From Guillardia theta CCMP2712 (lineage: Eukaryota > Protista > Cryptophyta), in assembly GCF_000315625.1 (NCBI RefSeq), contig NW_005434446.1, positions 1 to 59,262 of the forward strand: a stretch of 59,262 nt of DNA, given 5' to 3'. The first letter of the stretch is position 1; the number at the start of each line of letters is the position of its first letter. A program made the position numbers and the translations under genes. Below, in pieces: positions 41,653-54,358 of the stretch. A model generated the notes under the pieces. That model made no database searches, was not told the origin of the DNA, and saw only the letters and a list, made by a program, of their open reading frames with translations.

Positions 41653-44580
41653 ATGGACGAGGACGTCTGTCTCGTCTGCTGCGAGCCCCTCGAGCACATC
41701 GCCATTGGTGCATGCAACCATCGAGCGGTAAGGACTTCTTGTAGTGTTCGTGATGTATGGATGTGATGTGATGTATGGATTGGACGTGACACGTGCAACA
41801 CGTGCGATGTATTCAGTATAAGTGACCTGGGGTATTTTGTGTGTATGCAGTATTTGTAGAACGTGTCTTCACAGAATATGCAGAATTCATCATGCATACC
41901 ATGCATGTGATGATTGCAATATTTGTAACATATGCAATGTTAATGACTTGAAGAATTTATGGTCTGGAGAATTTTGGATGCGTCCAGCATTTGTAACATG
42001 TGCAATATTTGTCTCATCTCAATCTTATCTCTCACTTTCCCGTGTTTCTCTCACTTTCCCGTGTTAGGTATGCGCTCTTTGCTCCGTGCGGATGCGACAG
42101 GTTCATAGAATGGAGTTTTCTCAGCTTGCTGACAAACAGGTCGTTTGCAGCTCGTCGGAGATCTCAACTGCATCCTCTGCAAGCAGCAGCTGGAGCAGGT
42201 GATCATCACCTCGGACAAGACCAGGAGCTTCGACGACTTCCCCATGTGGGGAGACATCTGCCGCGTGGATGGTGAGCAAGCAAGAGGAGGGGGAGGACAG
42301 TGAGAGTTGAGGCTTGGCGGCAGGGAGGGACCTGTCCTTCGACGAGCCCTCGCAGGCTTTCTTCCATGACCTGCAAGCTCTTGATCGCATCTCCTCTCTT
42401 CGCTCCTTTGCATGCGGCAAATGTCCTCCTCCTCCTTCTCGAGGAAGTTTCGTCGCCAAGGACAAGAAGGAACTCAAGGTGTTGTCTGCTCCTCGCGCCC
42501 TCTCTGACTTCTCCCTTCTTGCCTGCAGAGCCACATGCAGAGCTTTCATGGCGTCACTTTCTGTGATCTCTGCCTGGAGCATCGCAAGGTGAAGGAGGGA
42601 GGAGGTGGAGGCGAGGGAGCTGAGGAAGGGGCAGGTCTTTGTGCAGGAGCACGAGCTGCTTGATAAGCATCAGCTGAGGGTTCACGAGCGGGAGGGAGAC
42701 CAGGTGAGGGTCTGTCGCTGCTAGGACGAGTCTGACAGGAGCAGCATGGCGGCGCCTTCAAGGGACATCCTCTCTGCGAGTTCTGCATGGCGCGATACTA
42801 CGACGACGGGGGGCTGTGGGGGCATCTGAGGCAGGATCACTTCCAGTGCTTTCTGTGTGACCGCGTCCTCTCCTCTCTCAACTCGGAGTTCTACCGCGAC
42901 TACCCCGAGCTGGAGCATCACTTCCGCTCCTCTCACTTCCTGTGCGAGGAGCCTGAGTGTCTGTCCCACAAGTTCGTCGCCTTCTCCACCCACGAGGAAC
43001 TTCAGGCCCACCATGCTGCCCATCATCTCTCCAACGCTCCTCGTTCCAAGCGCCACGTCCCCATGGCTCTTCCCTTCACCTTCCGGCGCAGCGACCCTCC
43101 TCCCTCCTACCGCGGTCGATCTCGACCTCCCCAAGCCTCGACCCCCGGGCCAGCGCAGCAAGCGACGAGCTCCTCGATCTCTGACTCATCCAACGACCTC
43201 TCGTTGCACCCTCGCAACTTTGCGACTTCCAACGACAATGACTTCCCGTCTCTGCCGGCAGCTCCTCGAGTATCCCCCCCGTTTCTCTTGCCCAGTTTCC
43301 CTCTCCCCTCCCTCACCTTGTTCGAGCGGCTGCTTGACTCTCTTGTGCTGCAGGGAAAGAAGAAAGCAGCTCAGCCTCGAGCTTCGCGTCCTCCGCCTTC
43401 CAACTGGGCAGGTGTCACTCAAACCTACACGGAAGGAGCCAGCGAGCGCAGACATGCAAGAAGGGATCGCATGCAAACTCCCTCCTCCTCCGCTCTTGCC
43501 TCCTCCTCCCCTGCCATCGCCTCTTTGCCATACACCTCCGCGGAGGCCGGCATCGACCCCCCCTCCTCTACTGCTCCTTCTACCTCTGCTCCTTCCATCT
43601 CGAGCTGGGTCCCAGCAGTTGAGCGGCCCAGAAGGCAACGGACAGTGGGAGAGGAGCTGGGACAGGGGAGGTGAAGGAGTGACGTGGCATGTCACGAGGG
43701 TGACGAGGAGCAGGTTCAACCGGCTCAAGAACTCCATCCAACAGCTGTGCAAGGGCCGCGCGTCTGCTGATGACTTCGTGCTGGAGGTGGGCTGGGCAGA
43801 GTCTGAGCAGGCCGAGGGGGAAACAGAGACGTGGAGGGAGCAACAGCGGCAGGAGAGGAGCGAGAGAAGACCAGCAGCAGAGGAGGAGGGGGGGGGGGAT
43901 GGGAGGAGGAGGAGGAGGAGGAGGAGGCGGAGGAGGGAAGTAGGAGAGGGCAGCAGGGTCGATGGGGTGGGGTGATGGGTTGCAGAGACTGGGGAGGTTG
44001 GAGGAGAACCTGATTGATTGAGATGAAACAGCACGTGGAAGACATCTCGAGGCTGCAGGACAGCGGCCTCCTCACCGCCATGCTCAACCTGATCTCCAAC
44101 AAGGCTTCCCAACCTCTTGTGCTTGCGCTTGCCTGATGCTCCGAGCAGGCGAGCAGGATCCAAGTAGAGCAGATGGTGGCTGGTAACGCGAAAGGCGGCG
44201 AGCAAGCTATGCAGCAGGAGGAGGCGCCTTCGAGCTTGGGAGAGGCGCTTGGGGCAGCGATAAGGAGGGCGGAGGGAGGAGGAGAGGAGAGAGAGAAGAA
44301 GGCGGGGAAGGGGAAGAGCAAGAAGAAGCACGTCGGTCACTTTGGGATTGAGATGGAGGAGGAGGCGGTTCCTGCGATGGAGCAGAACAAGCAGACAGCA
44401 GCAACAAGTCGACACGAGAAGCTGACGGGAAGAAAAGCAAACGACAAGGCAAGCAGCAGTGGGGTAGGGGAAGAGGAGGAGGAGCTCGTTATGCTGACGG
44501 TTGTGCAGCAACAGGAACAAAGCGTGAGTGCGGATGATGTAGTCGCAGCTGCGGAAGCCTTTGCTCTGAAGCTCCTTTAA
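41653..44580 (+). CDS. ZNF598: ZNF598/Hel2-like RING and C2H2 E3 ubiquitin ligase (multi-exon)
   Basis: CLVCCEPLEHIAIGACNH / CALCSVRMR / CILCK RING; FCDLCLEHRK; KGHPLCEFC; HFQCFLCD; YPELEHHFRSSHFLCEEPEC. The 3' exon structure is approximate. Confidence 0.85.
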
Positions 44581-44759
44581 GCCCTTCCCATGCTTGCTCA
44601 CCCTCGCCTCCTGTCCTCCCTCTCCTCGCTTCTCGTCTCGTTCGAGGTAGAGGGAGACGTTCCATGCATGCTTCATCACTCTTGAGCCTTGTGGCACCAG
44701 CTTGCCATCCACTGGTGTCTTTTTCTCTTTCATTACACATCATGTAACACGCGCCATCC

Positions 44760-46271
44760 TCAGCGAGCCACGTCTTCCAGGAAGCGCAGGCTAGAGACGC
44801 AGCTCTGAATGAGCACAGAGCAGTCGAAGTCGGGGATGCGCTCGAGGAGAGAAAGAGCTTTTCGCAGCAGAGGCTTCGCCTGCTCGTAGAGGCCGGCGAG
44901 CATCACGAGCTCTCCTGCGGTCTTGTAGATCACCGCGATGGTTCCGAGGTCAGCCTTGAAGGGAGCAACGGGCGTCGCCTGATCAAGCTTCAGCTCGCAG
45001 ATCCGAACGTCGCAGCGCTCGATGACGGGCACGTATCTCCGGCATTTGCTGTTGAGAGCCGCGATCCCGATGTTGCTGCCTCCTTCAGTCCACAGCTCCT
45101 TGAGCTGGTTCAGCAGCCGCCACACGGTGTCGGGATGAAACGCGTCCTTGCAGGCCTCCAGCTCGAGGGCCTCCAGCAGCAGAGGCTCTGCCTCCTCCCT
45201 CCTGTCCTGCGCTACCAGAATGCGCCCGAGGACTCCCAGGGCGTTGGCGGTGAGCGGGGAGGAGTCGCCGACGGTCTTCCTGAAGATGCTGACCGCGTCT
45301 CTGATGTGACTCTGCGCCTCCTTGAGCTCCCCCAGCAGCTCGTGACATTGACCGACTGACATGTGAGCCTTGGCGATGAGCGACGTCGCGTCCTCTGACT
45401 TGTACTCCGCCTTGTAGCTGTCCAGAGCCTCCTGCAGGATAGGAAGAGCCTCTCTCGGGTTCCCCTGTCGCTCCTTCACCAACCCGAGACCAAGCAGGAT
45501 GCCTCCTTTCTTGCCGTAGGACCCTTGACCCAACAGCTCCATCGCCTTGCTGAAGTAGCTCGCTGCGTTGTCGTAGTCGCCGATGCTGTTGTAAGTGTGC
45601 GCCATGTTCTCATAAAGTGCCGAGCTTGGGCCGACCAAGTTTGCTTGCTCGTGGAAGAGCTCGAGCGCTTCTTTGAACCTGTACTGCTTGAAGTAGCAGA
45701 AGGCTCTGCTCTGAATCGCCTTGATGTAGAACTTTCCTCCCCTCGACTTGCACAGGCTCATGATCTCATCCAACACTTCATTCGTATCGTTCAGCTTGTA
45801 TCGCCCGATGTAGCAGCTGACAAGTCGCAGCGCCTTCATCAGCGTCTTGTCATGGTCTAGACCGAGCTTCTTGACAGCCTCCTGGTATTTCCTCTTGTAG
45901 TCCTGCTCCCTGCTGTCCTCCTCCTCTGCATCTGACTCATCACCCGATGCTCTCTCCTCCCCGGAAGACATGCCATCCTCAGCATCCTTAGCATCCGCTA
46001 CCTTCACATCCTCAGCATCCTTAGCATCCGCTACCTTCACATCCTCAGCATCCTTAGCATCCGCTACCTTCACATCCTCAGCATCCTTAGCATCCGCTAC
46101 CTTCACATCCTCAGCATCCTTAGCATCCGCTACCTTCACATCCTCAGCATCCTTAGCATCCGCTACCTTCACATCCTCAGCATCCGCTACCTTCACATCC
46201 TCTCTCTCCTTCATGCTCAGCCCCAGCATCCCTTCCCCCGCTGCATCGACCGGCTCCCGCCCGTCCTGCAT
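44760..46271 (-). CDS. TPR-repeat protein with N-terminal 11-aa (DAKDAEDVKVA) repeats
   Basis: Repeated ALYENMAHTYNSIGDYDNAASYFSKA, LGLGLVKERQGNPREALPILQEAL and TANALGVLGRIL helical pairs. Confidence 0.85.
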   Translation of the reverse strand: MQDGREPVDAAGEGMLGLSMKEREDVKVADAEDVKVADAKDAEDVKVADAKDAEDVKVADAKDAEDVKVADAKDAEDVKVADAKDAEDVKVADAKDAEDGMSSGEERASGDESDAEEEDSREQDYKRKYQEAVKKLGLDHDKTLMKALRLVSCYIGRYKLNDTNEVLDEIMSLCKSRGGKFYIKAIQSRAFCYFKQYRFKEALELFHEQANLVGPSSALYENMAHTYNSIGDYDNAASYFSKAMELLGQGSYGKKGGILLGLGLVKERQGNPREALPILQEALDSYKAEYKSEDATSLIAKAHMSVGQCHELLGELKEAQSHIRDAVSIFRKTVGDSSPLTANALGVLGRILVAQDRREEAEPLLLEALELEACKDAFHPDTVWRLLNQLKELWTEGGSNIGIAALNSKCRRYVPVIERCDVRICELKLDQATPVAPFKADLGTIAVIYKTAGELVMLAGLYEQAKPLLRKALSLLERIPDFDCSVLIQSCVSSLRFLEDVAR

Positions 46272-46443
46272 GACAGTGACGGCAGCTGGTTGTCCTGCTT
46301 CCAGAGAGTTTTACTCAAAAGATACTTTGAGTACAAACTTTAATCAATTCAAGTTCACCTCAGATAATTTCTACTATATTGTGCAGGACAGCAAATAGAT
46401 GTCCGAGACTGGACCAAGACAGAACACGAGGATCTGAGCGGGG

Positions 46444-49400
46444 ATGAGGACACTTTTTTCTGCCATGTCGGCAGTCGAACAAAGCGACATGGGAGTAGGA
46501 GCAGGAGAGCGGGCCGATGGCAGGAATGGAGAACCTTCAGTGGGTCAAGCTCCTCAAGCTACTCTCCCTAACCAAGCTCCCCTCTCACATCCCCCTCCTC
46601 TGCAAGCTCCACCTCTTCCACTCTCCGGCCATGATGAAATTCATGCCCCTACCCCTCCATCCTTTCCTCCGCCCTTCCCTTTGAATGCACCTTCCTCGCA
46701 TCCCCTGGCTCCAGCGGTCCCTCATCCTCCAAGCTCTGCCCCGCCTCCTAGAGCGATTCCCGTGCAAGCCCATCCTCTTCATTCCATGCAGGCCACGGCT
46801 CCGCAACCTCCTCCCCGGTTGCCTCCGAAGCAGAGCTTTCAGCCGTCAGCACCGCAGGATTCGATCAACCCTCAGGCGCCTGCACCTCCTGGACGAGACG
46901 CTCAGGAGTCAGAGAGGCAGGAAAAGAAGCAGACAGGAGGGCTGGGAGGAGGGCCGCTGGCTCGAGCTGGACCTGCAGGACTCTTCGACGAGGCTCCTCG
47001 CGTGCACACCAGCTCCCCGATCGCCAAGAGCGTCAAGGAGCAGCAGCCTCTCGCTCCTCCTCGTTCTACTCCCCTCACCCCCTCACCTCCTTCAGGAGCC
47101 CCGACTGCACAGATTCCTCTTCCTGCTCCTCCTACCCATCCCCTGGCTCCTCCTCCTACCCATCCCCTCGCTCCTCCTCCTACCCATCCTCTCGCTCCTC
47201 CTCCTACCCATCCTCTTGCTCCTCCTGCGTCCCATCCTCTCGCTGCGCCAGCCATTCATCAAGTTGCTCGTGACGGTAAATCTGAGGGAGGGAGGGAAGG
47301 AGAGGTGAAGCGATCAGCAGATGTCGGTCGAGGGGAGGAAGGAGGAGGCGTAGGAGGAGGAGGCGAAGGAGGAGGAGGCGAGCAGGTTGCGGTGGATCCG
47401 GAGGTGCAAGCGGAGCAGGTGAGCCACTTGCGTCTTCAGCTGCTGCTCAGCCTCATCCTCTCAGTTCCTCGGGCGTCAAGTCAACAGGCCGACACCAAGA
47501 CGGGTCACTTGCTCCACCCCCACACCTCCTCCACCCCCACATGATCATCCTTTACCCCTTCTCCCCCTTCTCTCCACCCCACCATTCCACTCTCATGCCA
47601 TCACCCCACCTTCCTTCTCTCCTCCCCCTCCTCTCCTTTCTTTTTCATCTCCCCCACCTTCTATTCTCCTCCTTTCCTCTTTCGTGAGTTTCAGCTGCTT
47701 CCTCCTCGAATGTTCTCAGCTGATATTCGCAGCGATCTCTCTATCTCCTTGCTCCTCCTCCCCCTGAGTGTCGCTTCCTTCCACGCTGACATCGTTTCCT
47801 CTCCAGGCCTCTGCGACTCTTTCGGGACTGGCTGAACTTGCGAGGGCAGGACAATGGCGGTTGCTGCTGTCAGTTTGCTGTCTCTTCCTCAGCTCTCACT
47901 GAATGACTGCTAGCTCGACCTCTGCCGAGATGCTCTCACCAAAGGCAGGAGAGAAGGCAACGCTCCCCTCTCCTCTCCTCTCCTCCCCCTCTCCTCCCCT
48001 TCGCTGCCTCTCCTCCGCTCTCCTCTCCCTGGCCCTCCCCCTCTCCTCTCCTCCCTCCTTTCCTAACTTCATGACTTTTCAGCTTTCGCGGCAATATCGG
48101 TTTCAAATAGCAGGTCTGTTTTCATCTTCGAGCTTTTGAACTCTTCTTTCCTTCTTTGTCTTTCTCCTTCTTTTGCGATTTTTGACTTCTGTCCTTTCTA
48201 CTTCCTCCAACTCTTCTTCCCTCCCCTCCCCTTCTCTTCTCTTCTCTTCTCTTCTCTCTTCCTGTCGCTGACGCAGAACTCAGCTTATCGAATTGCTGCA
48301 CATCTGCAGACACGATCAGTCAGGTACTCCCTATCGTTCCCTTCTCTCCCTTCCTCTTTCCCTTCCCTCTCCTGCTCCTTCATCTTCCCTCCTCCCTCTG
48401 CCCCTCTTGTCTTGTCTCACGTTCTTCTCTTCCTCCCTCCCTCTATCATCAGAGCTGCCATGGATGAGCTTTCGCGTTTGGGTCCTCTAGGCGATCCCAT
48501 GCTGGTGATCCCCCTGCCTCCCTTCCCCACCTCTTGCACCACTCCACCCCTCTCCTTCCTCTCCTCCTCCTCTGCCCCTCCTTTCCCCCTCTTCTCTCCC
48601 TTGCCCTGCACCTCCCTCTCCCATGGCCGTCCGGTCCTCCTTGTCCCCATCATGCCTATGTCTCCTTTCCCTCCTCCCCCTCGTCTGCATCAGCAGCAGC
48701 GACGACAACTATAACAACGTCATCAACGAACAAAGTGTCTTTCCTGAGACTTTTCTTCACTTCACATTACCCTCATATGTCTTCTTTGCACGTCTTTGTC
48801 TTCATAACATTTGAAATTTTGATCTTGCTCATCGTCAAGCAGGCTGAGCATCCGCCATTCATCATGTACATCCTTGAGGTTCTTGTGCCCCTCCCCTCCT
48901 CCCTACCATCTTGATCCCTCCTCCTCCTCCTCCTCCTCCTNNNNNNNNNNNNNNNNNNNNNNNNNNNNNNNNNNNNNNNNNNNNNNNNNNNNNNNNNNNN
49001 NNNNNNNNNNNNNNNNNNNNNNNNNNNNNNNNNNNNNNNNTCCTCCTCCCTCCTCTCCTCCTCCCTCCTTTCGCTCTCACGACGTCATCCTTCCTCCTTT
49101 CTCGCTTGTTCGTCCTTATCAAAAGCTTCAGGCTGAAGTCTTCTCAACCTCCGGCCAAAAGCATAAGGTACACCTCCCCCCACCACCCCCGTCCACCACC
49201 ACCACCACCACCACCACCTCCTCCTCCTCCTCCTCCTCCTCCCACTCGTTCTCCTTATGTTTGTTTGTCGTCCTCTCTGCTGTTCTCGCTTGTCTTGTTC
49301 TCGCACGAGGGTGACCAGCTCTCTCTCCCTCCTCCTTTCCCTCTCTGCTTCCTCTCTCCTCTCTCCTCTGGCAGGCGCAGGAACTGTTGTTCTCTCTCCT

Positions 49401-50200
49401 CGGAGCCCTGCAGGTCAAGATGAATCGGCAGGGCGAGGAGGAGGAAGAGGGGGGGGAGGAGCGCAAGTCGAACGAGGAGGAGTTTCAGGAGAAGGTCCTG
49501 AGCGAGGAAGGAGGAGATGAGAAGTCAGGACTATCGGGGGAGGAGGCGAATCAGGACGGAAGAGGACGAGGGCGGGAGGAGGAGGAGGAGGAGGACAACA
49601 TCGCGATGCTCTTGGACTCGCAACAAGATATCAGAAAGATTCCACTCGCACTCCTGCACACCTCGGTCCTCTCCTCCCTCCTCCGCCTCCTCATCGATCA
49701 AGGTTGAATCTCCGTCCTCTTCTCCTCCTCTTCTCCTCCTCTCACTCGCTGTAGGAGACTATTTGACCTGCGTTCACATTCTGGAGTCGCATGCTCGAGC
49801 TGGAGATCAGGCATGAAGCGGAGGAGGAGGAGGAGGAGGAGGGAGGGAGGGGGGAGGGGGGAGGGTTGGAGGGGGGAGGGCAGGGGCGAGGGGGAGGGGG
49901 AGAGGGCATGGGCAGGGGCAGGGATCAAGTTCTGACACTATCGAGCAGACTTTGTTGTGGTCACTTGTACGAGTACATATCACCTTCGGGAATGTGCAGG
50001 TAGACCGTCGTGGGCAGGGCGGAAGCAGACAGAAGAAGGGAGGAGAGGAGAAGAGGGGAGAGGAGAGGAGGGGAGGGGAGGGGAGGGGAGGGGATCGAAG
50101 GAGATACAAGGGAGGGTTGTGCAGAGGAGGGACAAAGTTGACAGTGGCTTCAGGCAGCGGAGAAGTTACTATCAGAGATGAAGGAGGAGGAGGTGTCTCC
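46444..50200 (+). CDS. Pro-rich N-terminus plus TRAPPC12-like region (many short exons; end uncertain, spans an N gap)
   Basis: Exon pieces TLSGLAELARAGQWRLL / LDLCRDAL / AYRIAAHLQ / RAAMDELSRLGPL / FEILIL follow the order recalled for TRAPPC12; by-eye match only. Confidence 0.5.
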
Positions 50201-50812
50201 CTCCAAGCTTCTTCTCCATCGGGCTCTCCTCGCTCTCTCCAAGAACCTTCCTTCCTCTGCTGATTTAGATAGATGAATNNNNNNNNNNNNNNNNNNNNNN
50301 NNNNNNNNNNNNNNNNNNNNNNNNNNNNNNNNNNNNNNNNNNNNNNNNNNNNNNNNNNNNNNNNNNNNNNNNNNNNNNNNNNNNNNNNNNNNNNNNNNNN
50401 NNNNNNNNNNNNNNNNNNNNNNNNNNNNNNNNNNNNNNNNNNNNNNNNNNNNNNNNNNNNNNNNNNNNNNNNNNNNNNNNNNNNNNNNNNNNNNNNNNNN
50501 NNNNNNNNNNNNNNNNNNNNNNNNNNNNNNNNNNNNNNNNNNNNNNNNNNNNNNNNNNNNNNNNNNNNNNNNNNNNNNNNNNNNNNNNNNNNNNNNNNNN
50601 NNNNNNNNNNNNNNNNNNNNNNNNNNNNNNNNNNNNNNNNNNNNNNNNNNNNNNNNNNNNNNNNNNNNNNNNNNNNNCCTCCTCCTCCTCCTCCTCCTCC
50701 TCCTCCTCCTCTCCTCCTCCTCTCCTCCTCCTCTCCTCCTCCTCTCCTCCTCCTCCTCCTCCCCTCTCTCCTCCTTGTCGTGCTACTCCATTCTCATCGT
50801 CTCCTTCCCCTC

Positions 50813-51465
50813 TCAACTTCTACCTGTTCCTGCCTCTACCCCGTACTGGAAGCCGATGGGGGAAGCGGCGAGCCCGGAGCTTTCTCTGCTGCTCTCGATC
50901 TCGTCCCCCTTGTAGTAGAGGCTGAAGTGAACTGTGCAGACGTCGCCGGGCTGGGGGGTGATGCCCTTGCCAATCAGCAGGTCCTGCACCACCAGCCCGT
51001 TCCCTAGCGTCACCTGCGCTCCTGCTCACTCTCGGTGCCGGCCATGTCGCTGCTTACCGGAGGGCTCTTGGCCTTGCCCATTGCCTTGCCAGTCTTCCTG
51101 CACTGCTTCCAAGTCGGATGCTTGTCGCAGAGGTCGTCGTTCACTTTGTAAGTGACTTCCCGCGGCACGGTCGGAGCCTCCACCTCTTCTGCGTCACTTC
51201 AGCCCCTCTCTCTCGAGCTCTCGCATGCCCTACCTTCCTCTTCCGCTCCTACAGCAGCCAGGGGTGCGAGCATCGCTCCTCCTGCTGTCAACAGCGCAGC
51301 TCGAACGAAGCTCCTCCTGCTCTCATCGGGAGTCTGAGGCACAAGGGAGGCCCGGCAAGACATCGCAGTGCTGGTCCTACGAGCAGACCCAACGAAAGGC
51401 GAAGAGAAGCCATGGGCTTGAAGCAGCAAGACTAGCAGGAGCGAACCTCTCAACAACGTTTGCAT
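50813..51465 (-). CDS. Plastid (thylakoid lumen) FKBP-type peptidyl-prolyl isomerase, 5' exons
   Basis: Signal peptide ending AHG-F, transit peptide, twin-Arg SRRSFVRAALL...AVGA, and FKBP GLVVQDLLIGKGITPQPGDVCTVHFSLY. Confidence 0.85.
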
Positions 51466-51948
51466 CTTGAGGCTCAGAAACTTCCTCGAGATCCTCCTGG
51501 TCGGACGTCAGCCAAACAAACAAACTCAATCAGCAGCATACTAATGACTTCGTTCCCTCCCTTCCTTTCCCTCCCTCCCTGCCTTCCTACCTGCCTCCCT
51601 CCCTCCCTCCCTCCCTCCCTCCCTCCCTGCCCCCCCTCTTCTCTTCCTCTTCTCTTCTCCCCCTCCTTCCTTCCCTGCCTCTTCTACACCATTGTCTCAA
51701 TCCGCTCTTTTCCGCTGGTTGATAATCGAATTTCCTGTTTCTCAAACATCTAGTGAATTTACATTTCAATTTTGAAATTTTAGAGTAATATTTGGATCAA
51801 TATTGATATTCACCCCCCATTGGCAAACACACCGGTTCTGACAAGTTTCCCCTTATGAGGGTTTTCTTTAAAATGTTTTATATAATAAACATATAAAATG
51901 AATCGTTGTGTTCTCGACGTGTAAACGACCCTGAAGGGGAACGGGGGA

Positions 51949-53930
51949 TCATGGACGTGGAAGATGCTTCGAGAGGTTCTGACTGAAGAAACTTCTCCAC
52001 TCCTCCTGCTGCTTTTCGTTGTACTCACACAGCAAGTCCGGAGCCTGCAGACTGTCAGCCCAACTTTCACCTACTCCCACCCACTCCCTACCTTGCAGAG
52101 CGTCGAGTCTATCTTTACATGCCCATCCCCGTCCGTCACGCACCTCCACCACGTGCTCTCCAGTTTCTGAGGATATGGTGAGGAGGGGACGAGAAGGAGG
52201 CGGGCAAGACCTCAAGGTGGATGCTGAGCAAGCGATTCTCTTCCACCGTCCAGAAGGAGCCCTCCACCTTGATTTTCTTGCGAGCAATGAGAGAAGCTGC
52301 GCCAGCAGAAACCTCACCTTCCACAGACGAGATTGGTTGAAGATGCTATCCCATCGCTTCTTTCCTCGCACCTTCACTGTGATCGCGTTGGGCTGTAAGT
52401 CGCACTTCACGTCCTCCTTGACGCTTCCTGCCATCCCGCGTGTCAAGTCCACCCAGTCGCCATCTCCCTCCACCTCTAGGGAGGACGATGGACACGTGCA
52501 GCTCTCCCAGCGTCTGCCCCCACGTGTAGCCCGGGCCGTGCGAGCCGTTCCGCTCGTTGGGCTCCGAACCGCCTTCAGGAGGAGGCTTGAGCGACAGCAG
52601 CCTCCCGTCCTCTCGTCCCTGTCGCCGGAAACTCTCCTCAAGCTCTCGCTTGTACTCCATGTACCTGACAGAGGAGCTGAGGGGAGGGGAGCGACAGGCT
52701 GCGAGTCACCTCTCGTACTCCGAGTAACGCGGGTGATGCGGGGGAAGAACCTTGGGGGGTCCAACCTTGCCGTGGCCTCGCTCTTCACACGGTCAACTAC
52801 ATGATCAGGAGGGAGCAGAAAACCTGCATGCTGCTGCCTCCTCGATGACTGAGACGGGGTTCGACTGACAGCCGCAGGGACCATGTCGAAGGTCGAGCCC
52901 ACTCGTTCTTCTATCGCTTCCCAATCAGATTCCTTGAGCCGGCTCCACTTGCTGAAATCAGTCTTCTTCCAGTCTCTGATTTCCTCGGCCACCCCCTGCC
53001 TCCTTATCTCATCTGACCCATGCTTCCTCGTCTCGCGCACGTCCCTCTCTCTCTCTGCTGCCTCAACTTTCGCCAGCCTGCAATGCTCAGGCACCTTTCT
53101 CTCTCCTCGAATCAACTCGAGGACTGCATGGTGGTTGAACAACTTCGCTACCTCCCCCGCAGCTCTTCCTTCTTCGTTCTTGATGCCCGGGTCTGCATCG
53201 TTTGCCAGCAGCAGCATGACACACTCCTCGTTCCCATCCACTGCAGCGAGGTACAGCGGCGTCCTCCCGTTCTTCGTCTGAGCATTCACATTGGAGCCCT
53301 GAGCGAGGAGGGACCTCAAGATGTCTGCCTTTCCATTCGCTGCCGCCTTATGCAATGCAGTCCATCCTTCCCTATCCGAGCAATCGACGCTCTCTGTCTT
53401 CGCCATACTCCTGTGCTCTCCCTCCTTCTGTTCTCTCTCTCCCTCCTTCTGTTCTCTCTCTCTCCCTCCTTCTGCTCTCACTCTCTCCCTCCTTCTGCTC
53501 TCACTCTCTCCCTCCTTCTGTTCTCTCTCTCCCTCCTTCTTTTCTCTCTCTCTCCCTCCTTCTGTTCTCACTCTCTCCCTCCTTCTGTTCTCTCTCTCTC
53601 TCTCCTTCTTTTCTCACTCTCTCTCTTCTTCTGTTCTCACTCTCTCCCTCCTTCTGTTCTCACTCTCTCCCTCCTTCTGTTCTCACTCTCTCCCTCCTTC
53701 TGTTCTCACTCTCTCCCTCCTTCTTTTCTCTCTCTCTCCCTCCTTCTGTTCTCACTCTCTCCCTCCTTCTGTTCTCACTCTCTCCCTCCTTCTGTTCTCA
53801 CTCTCTCCCTCCTTCTGTTCTCACTCTCTCCCTCCTTCTGTTCTCACTCTCTCCCTCCTTCTGTTCTCACTCTCTCCCTCCTTCTGTTCTCACTCTCTCC
53901 CTCCTTCTGTTCTCACCCTCCCCTCGCCAT
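51949..53930 (-). CDS. Ankyrin-repeat plus NudC-like CS domain protein (multi-exon)
   Basis: GWTALHKAAANG and GRTPLYLAAVDG; NGSHGPGYTWGQTLGELHVSI...SFWTVEE. A short first exon at 53930 splices in frame across the minisatellite. Confidence 0.8.
53415..53915. repeat. CT-rich minisatellite (TTCTCACTCTCTCCCTCCTTCTG-type) filling an intron
   Basis: Directly visible; bounded by GTGAGA...CACAG on the minus strand. Confidence 0.9.
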
Positions 53931-54358
53931 GATCTCTGCCTGATCTCCTGTCCTTCCCACCTGAGGCGGATTATGTGTTGGTTCTAGTAACTAAAATCTT
54001 GAGTACAATCGGGGGATGCGGGGCAAGTTTACGTCTCAATGTGAGGAGGAGGAGACGCAGAGAGACGCCAAGGGAAGGGAAGGAGCCGACATGCCGAGGA
54101 GCGACTTGCCAAGGAGCGACATGCCGAGGAGCGACATGCCGAGGAGCGAGCGAGGTGAGCGAGGAGAAGGGGGTGAGCGAGATGAGGCAGGGGTAGGGAA
54201 GGGAGGCAAGAGGGAGAGATAGGGAGAGTGAACATGTTGAGCAGTTTCGTAAAGCATGAATCTGAAACCTGAAGGAGGAGGAGGAAGATCGAGTAACTTT
54301 TTTGTGAAGGAGGAAGGGCGAGATGAGGAGTCGAGCATCTTGAGATTGTTGAATTGCC

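Noticed and set aside
43186-44733. 515-aa minus-strand ORF
   Set aside because: Antisense shadow of the GC-rich ZNF598-like exons and purine-rich introns; low complexity, no motifs.
48862-51007. ORFs containing long X runs
   Set aside because: Artefacts of assembly gaps and (CCT)n tracts.
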